Of a stretch of DNA of 64,000 nucleotides, positions 51,824-59,047 are shown one piece after another. The notes beneath the pieces are model-generated. The model saw only the letters and a list, made by a program, of their open reading frames with translations. It did no database searches and was not told where the DNA came from. The stretch covers positions 416,001-480,000 of the forward strand of contig CAWDML010000009.1 of NCBI GenBank assembly GCA_963803435.1. The letters are read 5' to 3'. A program made the translations under genes and the position numbers. The DNA is from an uncultured delta proteobacterium. GTDB taxonomy: Bacteria > Myxococcota > Kuafuiibacteriia > Kuafuiibacteriales > Kuafuiibacteriaceae. Each line of letters begins with the position of its first letter. Positions within the stretch are counted from its first letter, which is position 1.

Positions 51824-53622
51824 CAGGCCGCCTCGGGCTCGACGATCCTCCGGGCGGGCACGCGGGCGCCGACGCTCTGGCCTGCGGGGAGGAACTGACC
51901 GAAGCCCACGTCCCGCCCGAACGACGGCACGGCGGCGCCGTCCTCGAAGGCGACCCGGCCGTTGACGAGGACCGCGCGGACGACGCCGTCGCTGCGGTTG
52001 ACCATTCGCATGATTCCGCCGAGCTCCGTCATCGGCGCCTCGTGATACTGACAGAGGCGATCGTCCAGCGCGGTGGGATCGACGATCACGACGTCGGCGC
52101 GATCCCCGAGGCGCAGGTGACCGGCGTCCACGTCCAGCCAGTCCGCGATCTCGCCGGTGAGGCGCCAGATCGCGGTCTCGATCGGCATCACCGGACGACC
52201 GGATCGCTCCCCGTCCCGCACGATCTTCAGCATCTTCAGCGGGAAGTTGTAGAACGCCATGTTGCGAAGGTGCGCGCCCGAGTCGGCGAAGCCGATCAGC
52301 ACGCCGGGCTCACGGATCATGCGCGCGATCTCCTCGGGTCGATGGTTCGCGATCGTCGTCCGCCAGCGGAGCTTCCTCCCGTGCGCCACCACCAGATCGA
52401 GGAAGGCATCCACCGGATGGAGGCCCCGCTGGTCCGCCACCGCTCCGAACGACAGCCCGACCAGGGTCTCGTCGGGACAGGCGACGATCTCGGTATCGTG
52501 AAAGTCGCGCTGCCACACCCGCGGTCCCCAGCGCTTCTCGTAGTCCTTGCGGAACGAGCGGCGATAGGCCTCGCTCTGCATCAGCTGGCTGCGCTCGAGC
52601 TCGTCGACGAGATGCAGGACGGCTTGCCCGGCGCCGAACTCCTCGAAGACCACCAGGTCGATGCCGTCGGAGTAGACCTCGAAGACCGCCGGGAGCGTCT
52701 GCCAGCGGAGATCGCCGCCGAGGATCCGGTTGGCGAACCGCGTGAGCGTGCCGAGGACGCGGTGCAGGCCGGGTGAGGACTTCGCGTCGGCCAGCGTGAT
52801 CAGCGTGGTCTTGAGCGGCCGCCCGCGGAACAGACCGGCGCTCTCGAGGAGGAAGAGGAGCGCGTTGACCTTGGTGGTGATGTTGGGCGCCGACTGAAGG
52901 ATCTTGCCGCGGCGGCGCAGGATCGCGTGCAGACGCCGATACTCCTTCCAGCCGGCGTAGGTGGAGGGGAGCGCCTTGGAGCGCTGGCGATCGCCGTCGA
53001 GCTTGTCCCAGGGGTTCGTCATCGTCGACAGGCCGAGGAGCCCCTGGTCGAGGGCGTCCTCCAGGCAGCGCTCCATCTCGATCAGCTCAGGCTCGCTGGG
53101 CTGGGCGCGGGCGTCGACGGCGCGGTTCAACCCCATGACGCGGACGCGGAGATCGGAGTGTCCGAGGAACGCGGTCACGTTGGGACCCAGGGGATGCGCC
53201 CGGAGAAAGTCGACGTATTGGGAGGGGGAGCTCCAGCGCTTCTTCGCGCGAAGGAGCGGAAGGACCTGCTCGCGGGGCACCGACTCGACGCGCGTGAAGA
53301 GATCGGAACAGTCGTCGGCGTCCGAGAGGATCGTGCTGATCGAGCAGCTACCGACGGTGACGGTGGTGACGCCGTGGCGGACGGATTCGGTGAGGGCCGG
53401 CGCGGCCAGCAGCTCGGCGTCGTAGTGCGTGTGGAGATCGAGGAAGCCGGGCATGACCCAGCAGCCCTTCGCGTCGATCACCCGGACCGTGTCCGAAGGA
53501 TCGAGCGGGGTCTCGCTGATCGCGGCCACCGCACCGTCTCGAAGGCCCAGATGGCGGATCGCGCCCGGCGCGCCCGAGCCGTCGAAGCAGAGACCATTCT
53601 GGACGATGACGTCATAACCCAT
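51823..53622 (-). CDS. N-acyl-D-amino-acid deacylase family amidohydrolase
   Basis: 'PGFLDLHTHYD', 'HGVTTV.VGSC', 'DSGAH', 'GDRADVV'. Confidence 0.9.
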   Translation of the reverse strand: MGYDVIVQNGLCFDGSGAPGAIRHLGLRDGAVAAISETPLDPSDTVRVIDAKGCWVMPGFLDLHTHYDAELLAAPALTESVRHGVTTVTVGSCSISTILSDADDCSDLFTRVESVPREQVLPLLRAKKRWSSPSQYVDFLRAHPLGPNVTAFLGHSDLRVRVMGLNRAVDARAQPSEPELIEMERCLEDALDQGLLGLSTMTNPWDKLDGDRQRSKALPSTYAGWKEYRRLHAILRRRGKILQSAPNITTKVNALLFLLESAGLFRGRPLKTTLITLADAKSSPGLHRVLGTLTRFANRILGGDLRWQTLPAVFEVYSDGIDLVVFEEFGAGQAVLHLVDELERSQLMQSEAYRRSFRKDYEKRWGPRVWQRDFHDTEIVACPDETLVGLSFGAVADQRGLHPVDAFLDLVVAHGRKLRWRTTIANHRPEEIARMIREPGVLIGFADSGAHLRNMAFYNFPLKMLKIVRDGERSGRPVMPIETAIWRLTGEIADWLDVDAGHLRLGDRADVVIVDPTALDDRLCQYHEAPMTELGGIMRMVNRSDGVVRAVLVNGRVAFEDGAAVPSFGRDVGFGQFLPAGQSVGARVPARRIVEPEAA

Positions 53623-53639
53623 GGAGATCGCGTTGTAAC

Positions 53640-53665
53640 TTAGAAAGCGATTGCTCGCAATCTAA
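53640..53665. promoter_or_regulatory. AT-rich imperfect palindrome, probable TetR operator
   Basis: TTAGAAAGCGA-TTGC-TCGCAATCTAA (9 of 11 arm positions match), 17 nt upstream of the deacylase-tetR operon. Confidence 0.6.
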
Positions 53666-53706
53666 ATATTCGGCGGGTGGGAGAAAGGTCGCCTATCCTC
53701 CGGCCG

Positions 53707-54522
53707 GTGAGCGACCGATCGAGGGCATCGTCAGGAACGGGGCAGGGCTTCTGGATCGCGCTGGTCGCGGTCCTCGTGGTGGCGGCCGGCGGGCTGATCT
53801 ACTGGCGGATGGGGAAGACGGAGGCGGTGGCGCCGACGATCGCCGACGCGGGCGCGAGGGTCGAAGCACCTCCGCCCGTGCTGGAGGACGCGGGTCCCGA
53901 GGGTGAGACCGCCGAGACGCCCACTCCGCGGCCGGACGCGGACGCGCTGCTCCGGCGGCTGGCGGCGGGGGCCTCGGCCTCGAAGCAGCTCGAAGAGTGG
54001 CTGTCGGCGCCCGGCATCCTCCAGCGGATCGCCGCCTCGGTGCGGTTGATCGCGGCCGGTCAGAGCCCGCGCTCGGTGCTGTCGTTCATCGAGATCGACG
54101 GCGACTTCGCGGTGCAGGAGCCGAAGCAGTATGGCGGACGGCTCTACATCGCGCCCGCCTCGTACGCACGCTACGACGGCGTGATCGGTTCGTTCACCTC
54201 GATCGATCCGGACTATCTGGCGAAGAGCTATCGCCAGCTTCGACCCTATCTGGAGACGGCCTACGCGGAGGTGGCCCGGCCTGGGGAGCGGTTCGACGAC
54301 GTGCTCACGGCCGCCATCCAGCGGGTCGTGTCGGTGCATCTCCCGCAGGGACCGATCGCGCTGGTGCCGAAGGGGGCGATCTATGCGTTCGAGGATCCGG
54401 AGCTGGAGGCGCTGACGCCGGCGGAGAAGCACGTGATCCGGTTGGGGCCCAAGAACGCGGAGGCGATCCAGACGCTGCTCCGGCGGTTCGCGTCGTCGGC
54501 GGGGCTGTCCATCGCGCGCTAG
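53707..54522 (+). CDS. DUF3014 domain membrane-anchored protein
   Basis: TM helix; 'YARYD', 'YRQLRPYLETAYAE', 'YAFEDPELEALTPAEK..IRLGPKN'. Confidence 0.85.
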   Translation: MSDRSRASSGTGQGFWIALVAVLVVAAGGLIYWRMGKTEAVAPTIADAGARVEAPPPVLEDAGPEGETAETPTPRPDADALLRRLAAGASASKQLEEWLSAPGILQRIAASVRLIAAGQSPRSVLSFIEIDGDFAVQEPKQYGGRLYIAPASYARYDGVIGSFTSIDPDYLAKSYRQLRPYLETAYAEVARPGERFDDVLTAAIQRVVSVHLPQGPIALVPKGAIYAFEDPELEALTPAEKHVIRLGPKNAEAIQTLLRRFASSAGLSIAR

Positions 54523-54962
54523 GAGCGTGTAGCGCGTAGCGCTACCGCGAGCCCGGTCCGGGTCCCGGTCCCGGTCCCGGTCCCGATGGCGATCATGCAG
54601 CCCGGCGTGCGTTCATCGGCCTCATCAAGTCGCGTGGGCATCTCGACAACGCGCTTGAGCTTGGCTCTGGCGGCTTGGACCTTCTGCTCGTTGGGGAGTC
54701 GGCGCCTCAAGCAGGTGTGGAGTGAGGCGGCGCTTTCGGTGCCAGAGCGAAGTGCCATCCGGTAGAAGCGAGCCTTCTCAGGTGGATTGAGCTCTCCGGC
54801 GCCCTCGGCGGTGTTGTTCACGATGGAATCGGATGCCCGCCGAAGCTGATCGCGGACGTGAGCGTGACCGGGTTGCAGTTCTTGTGCGATCTCTTCAGCG
54901 ATGTCGGCCTACTCGACGGCGAGCTGGTAGACCTCGAGCTTCTCGTGATCGAAAGTGACCAT
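54519..54962 (-). pseudogene. four-helix-bundle protein (23S rRNA IVP / Avd-like) with an in-frame TAG at 54909-54911
   Basis: MVTFDHEKLEVYQLAVE*ADIA...DQLRRASDSIVNNTAEGAGE...EKARFYRMALRSGTESAA. Confidence 0.8.
54523..54587. repeat. left inverted arm with (CCGGTC)-type hexamer tandem array
   Basis: gagcgtgtagcgcgtagcgct...cccggtccgggtcccggtcccggtcccggtcccgat. Confidence 0.9.
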
Positions 54963-55081
54963 GCAAGCTAGCTTGCGGTAGCTCGTCCACTTTGACCAGC
55001 AGAAGTTCTTGGAGGTCGTTTCGTCTGGAATCGATCGTTGGGCGGATCGACTTCGACGCCTGGACTTGATCCCATGGTTTC

Positions 55082-55939
55082 GTGGCGAAGCAATACCGTT
55101 CTTGGACTCCGAGACAATCGTTCTTGCTCCCGCCGTCCCCTCTCGAGTGGCTCCCAAAAAATCATCTCGCGTACTTCGTCTTGGACGTCGTCGATGAGGT
55201 AGAGCTGAGCGCGATCGAGATCTCGATCCAGTCCAAGGACCCGCGAGGCGAGCGACCGTACTCGGCTCGAATGATGATCGCGCTGCTTCTGTACGCCTAC
55301 TGCACCGGCATCTATTCGTCGCGGAGGATCGCGCGGGCGACCTACGAAGACATTCCATTCCGGGTGCTGGCTGGAGAAAGTCATCCCCACTTCACGACGA
55401 TCAACGAGTTTCGGCTCGTCCACCTGGAGGCACTGAAAGCGCTCTTCCTCGAAGCCCTGAAGCTTTGCCGGAAAGCAGGTTTGGTGCGGCTCGGACACGT
55501 CGCACTCGATGGCTCGAAGGTGCAGGCGAACGCGAGCAAGCACAAGGCGATGACCTACGAGCGGATGGCCGAGGAGGAGAAGCGGCTGTCTCTCGAGATC
55601 GAAGAACTGCTGGAGCGAGCGGGCACGATCGACCAAGAGGAAGACGAGCGGCTCGCCCGCAGGAAGAGTATCGTCGAACCGGCGCTCGGACAGATCAAAG
55701 CGGCACGAGGATTCCGCCGGTTCTCGCTCCGCTCCTTCTTCAAGGTACGAGCCGAGTGGACGCTCGTCTGCCTCACCCACAACCTGCTCAAGCTCTACCG
55801 ATTCGAAGCTCGCGACCGTCGCGAGCGTCTGACTCAAGGCAGCCATCTTCAGATCGGGACCCGGACCGGGACCGGGACCCGGACCGGGACCGGGACCCGG
55901 ACCGGGTCGCGTGAGCGCTTACGCGCTACACGCTCCTAG
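55082..55939 (+). pseudogene. IS1182-family transposase with an internal deletion
   Basis: 'LLPPSPLEWLPKNHLA', 'YAYCTGIYSSRRIAR', 'LDGSKVQANAS', then jumps at EDER to 'RRKSIVEP..GQIK..RGFRRFSLR'; only 285 aa. Confidence 0.85.
55853..55935. repeat. right inverted arm with a longer hexamer tandem array
   Basis: atcgggacccggaccgggaccgggacccggacc...tacgcgctacacgctc is the imperfect reverse complement of the left arm. Confidence 0.9.
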
Positions 55940-57121
55940 TCAGCTGGATCACTGATTTCTAGCGCATTTATCCGCGGTGGACCTGCTTTGTGCGTCTGCC
56001 GAAATCCATGATCTTGTCGAGGATCTCGTCGGCCGTCTTCGTCCATACGAAGGGCTTGCCTTCTTCGTTGTGCACTTCGACGTAGTCGACGATCGCCTTG
56101 CGAAGTACCGGGACGCTGGTGTGGGAGCCGCGAGTGAGTGCTTCCTCGGTCAGCAGTGCGAAGAACCGTTCCACCAGGTTTAGCCATGAGGAATAGGTTG
56201 GTGTGAAGTGGAGCTGGAAGCGCGGATTGCGTAGCAGCCACCTCTTAACCTGTGGAGTCTTGTGCGTCGCGAGGTTGTCGAGGATGACGTGAACGTCAAG
56301 TTCCGGCTCTACCGCGTTGTCGATCGTCCCGAGGAATGCGACGAAGTCCTTCGCTCGGTGTCGTGCCTTGGTCTGCGCGATGACCTTGCCCGTGGCGACG
56401 TTGAGGGCGGCGAAGAGGTCGAGCGTTCCGTGGCGGATGTAGTTGTGGGTCTGTCGCTCGGGCATCCCGAGATCCATCGGAAGGATCGGTTGAGCACGCT
56501 CCAGCGCCTGGACCTGCGGCTTCTCGTCGAAGGAGAACACGACAGCGTTGTCGGGCGGGCTCATGTACAGACCGACGACGTCGCGAATCTTCGAGATGAA
56601 CTGCGGATCGTTCGACAACTTGAAACCGCGAACGACGTGGGGCTTGAGGCCATGCGCCCGCCAGATCCGTCCGACGCTACTGGCGCTCACCCCGGCATTC
56701 TTTGCCATCTTCCGCGTGCTCCAATGCGTACGGCCCTTCGGCGTCGTTTCCAGCGTTTGCACCACGATCTCTTCAACCTGATCATCACTGATCTTTCGCG
56801 GAGCGCCGACGCGAGGCTGGTCGTACAGCCCCTCGAGACGGCACTCCGCAAACCGCCTTCTCCACAGACGAACGGTGTGGTGAGACACGTGATGGTTCCG
56901 CGCCACCGCCGCATCGGTCGCGCCAGTGGAACTGCTCAGCACCAGTTTCGCGCGAAGTGCCAGCTGTCGATTCGACCGCACGCGACGAGTCAATCGTTCG
57001 AGCTCGCGCTGTTCGTCGTCAGTCAGCGTGATCTCCGTTTTTCGAGGTCCTTTGTTCGCCCCCACGAACCACGTAGATCACACAAAGGATCTACACGCTA
57101 GAGATTTTGGACCCGGCTGAC
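55939..57121 (-). mobile_element. IS630-family insertion sequence
   Basis: Imperfect IRs GTCAGCTGGATCACTGATTTCTAGCG / GTCAGCCGGGTCCAAAATCTCTAGCG; TA within CTAG at both ends. Confidence 0.9.
55968..57065 (-). CDS. IS630-family transposase
   Basis: HTH 'TVRLWRRRF', 'HWSTR', DDE motifs FDEK, ILDN, 'SWLNLVERFF'. Confidence 0.95.
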   Translation of the reverse strand: MGANKGPRKTEITLTDDEQRELERLTRRVRSNRQLALRAKLVLSSSTGATDAAVARNHHVSHHTVRLWRRRFAECRLEGLYDQPRVGAPRKISDDQVEEIVVQTLETTPKGRTHWSTRKMAKNAGVSASSVGRIWRAHGLKPHVVRGFKLSNDPQFISKIRDVVGLYMSPPDNAVVFSFDEKPQVQALERAQPILPMDLGMPERQTHNYIRHGTLDLFAALNVATGKVIAQTKARHRAKDFVAFLGTIDNAVEPELDVHVILDNLATHKTPQVKRWLLRNPRFQLHFTPTYSSWLNLVERFFALLTEEALTRGSHTSVPVLRKAIVDYVEVHNEEGKPFVWTKTADEILDKIMDFGRRTKQVHRG

Positions 57122-57139
57122 TAGGCGCCGCGGATCGCT

Positions 57140-58483
57140 TCAGTCGCCGAGATCCGCGGCCTTGATGAGCCGCGCGATGGCGATGTCGTGGTTGCGTAGG
57201 GCCAGGTAGAGCTCGCCCGTGGAGCGCGTGCGTCGCTCGAGCGAGTCCAGCAAGGGCTTGGCGTCGCCGAGCCCGAGCTCGTAGTTGGTGGCGGCCAGCA
57301 CGGTCAGGTTGCGGGCGATGGTCCGGCGCCGCCGCGCCGATTCGAGCCGGGCGCGCGACGAGAGCACCTCGCGGAACGCGTGCTCCACCTCCAACCGGAT
57401 CCCGGCGGCCGCCGCGCGCCGCTGGCTCAACAGCTTGGCGTGCTTGGCCTCGGCCTTGTCGAGCTCTGCGAGCATGCCGAGGTCGAAGTCCCAGCGCAGG
57501 CCGAGCACCACGCCCGGATCGAGGTAGTTGAAGTCGTCGTAGACGAACGGGTTCTTCTGATCGGTCCGGTTGGGGGCCACCGCGTAGCGGAGCAGCCCCA
57601 TGAGGAAGATCGTGGGGAAGAGGTCGGCGCGCCGCTGATCGACGCGGGCCGCCCTGGCCTCGATCGCGCTGGCCAGGCGTGCCAGCTCGGGACGGCGCTC
57701 GACGGCGTGCTCCTGGTAGTAGGCGAGGGCCCGCAGCTCGATCTGAGCCTCGTCGAGGACCTCGGTCGCGGCCAAGGCGAACGGCTCGGTGGAGGCGAGA
57801 CCCATCGCGCGCCGGAGCGCGGCGGAGGAGAGTTGCGCGCCCATCTCCACGCGGAGGCGCTCCGTCCGGATCCCCTCGAGCGCGTACTCGATCTCGAGCA
57901 GGTCGGACTGAGTGACCGAGGCGTTCCCTTCGTTCAGGCGGTCCTTCGCCTTGGCCAGCGCCTTGGTGAGGGCCTTCTCGACGTCGGCGATCTCACCGCC
58001 CAGCTTCTGGTTGAGGAGGAGATCGTAGTACCGTTGCTTGACGTCGAATACGAGCGCCGCCTGCTTCTCCTTTTTCTTGGCGTGCGAGGTCAGAAGACCG
58101 CTCTCGGCCGCGCGGATGCCGGCCGAGATCTTCCCGAACGCATACACCGGCTGCGTCACCCGGAGATCGAGGCGGGTGAACGGGCCGAGACCCTTCAGGT
58201 AGTCGGTCGTACTGTTCGGCGAGGAGATAGCGTCGCCGTGCGCCTCGTTCACGGCGCCGAGGAGCTGCGTGTAGTCGACCCGGGGCCAGCGACCGGACTT
58301 GGCGCGATCGAGATCCGCCTCGGCAATCCGGACGTCGGCCTCGACGACTTCCAGGTCCGGGTTGTGGGCCAGCGCCGCGGAGAGGCACTGCTCGAGCGTG
58401 TAGCCGCCGGTACTGGTGGTGGCCGTGACCGCGCCCTGGAGCGCGAGCGCGAGCGGGAGCGGGATGGCGAGCCACGCGCTCAC
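57140..58483 (-). CDS. TolC-family outer membrane efflux protein
   Basis: 'TLEQCLSAALAHNPDL', 'QPVYAFGKI', 'RPEL', two OEP repeats. Confidence 0.9.
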   Translation of the reverse strand: MSAWLAIPLPLALALQGAVTATTSTGGYTLEQCLSAALAHNPDLEVVEADVRIAEADLDRAKSGRWPRVDYTQLLGAVNEAHGDAISSPNSTTDYLKGLGPFTRLDLRVTQPVYAFGKISAGIRAAESGLLTSHAKKKEKQAALVFDVKQRYYDLLLNQKLGGEIADVEKALTKALAKAKDRLNEGNASVTQSDLLEIEYALEGIRTERLRVEMGAQLSSAALRRAMGLASTEPFALAATEVLDEAQIELRALAYYQEHAVERRPELARLASAIEARAARVDQRRADLFPTIFLMGLLRYAVAPNRTDQKNPFVYDDFNYLDPGVVLGLRWDFDLGMLAELDKAEAKHAKLLSQRRAAAAGIRLEVEHAFREVLSSRARLESARRRRTIARNLTVLAATNYELGLGDAKPLLDSLERRTRSTGELYLALRNHDIAIARLIKAADLGD

Positions 58484-58489
58484 GGTCGG

Positions 58490-59047
58490 TCACTCACTGT
58501 CGCCCTCGAGCTTGCTCTTCATCCGCGAGAGGAGTCCGGCGAACGAGTCTTCCGCGAGGATCTTCTGCACCTGCGAGCGCAGGTTCATGCGCAGGCTGAC
58601 GCCGTCGAGCAGGACGTCGGTGATCGTGCCGTGCTCGACGTGGTACTCGATGACGACCCGTCCCTCGTCCTTCGAGACGACGGACGTGGTCACGACCGCC
58701 GTGTCGCCGTCGTGCTTCTCGCGCTCGATCTCGACCGTGAGACCTTCGAAGAAGGTGCCTGCCTTGGCGAAGGCGCGGCGCTCCAGGAGCTTGGTCAGCA
58801 GGTCGACGAACGCCTCCCGTTCCCCGCCGGACAGCGTGTCCCAGCGACCGGCGAGCGCGAAGCGGGACAGCTGAGAGACGTCGACGAGCCGATGGGTGGT
58901 GGCAATCGCGTGCCTCTTGGCGGCGGCCGGGGCGGCGTCGGAGGCCATCGTCTTCACCGCGTCGAGGAGCGCCTGCACGGTGGCCTCGGGCGCGTCCGGG
59001 GCGGGCGCGGAGACGAGCAGCATCGAGATGAGGATCGCCTTGCTCAC
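58490..59047 (-). CDS. MlaC/Ttg2D (HpnM-like) periplasmic lipid shuttle
   Basis: 'LSRFALAGRWDTLS..EREAF..L', 'ITDVLLDGVSL..NLRSQ'. Confidence 0.85.
   Translation of the reverse strand: MSKAILISMLLVSAPAPDAPEATVQALLDAVKTMASDAAPAAAKRHAIATTHRLVDVSQLSRFALAGRWDTLSGGEREAFVDLLTKLLERRAFAKAGTFFEGLTVEIEREKHDGDTAVVTTSVVSKDEGRVVIEYHVEHGTITDVLLDGVSLRMNLRSQVQKILAEDSFAGLLSRMKSKLEGDSE

Larger units (their letters stand above)
54523..55935. mobile_element. IS1182-derived non-autonomous element carrying a four-helix-bundle gene
   Basis: Long terminal inverted repeats beginning GAGCGTGTAGCGCGTA; flanked by CTAG at 54519-54522 and 55936-55939; lower GC than surroundings. Confidence 0.85.

Noticed and set aside
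54909-54911. Pyrrolysine or amber recoding in the four-helix gene
   Set aside because: TAG is a normal stop for many genes here and the neighbouring transposase is also decayed; a nonsense mutation or base error is simpler.
54551-55906. CRISPR array or diversity-generating retroelement
   Set aside because: The repeats are spacer-less hexamers; no cas gene, reverse transcriptase or TR/VR pair was found in the window.
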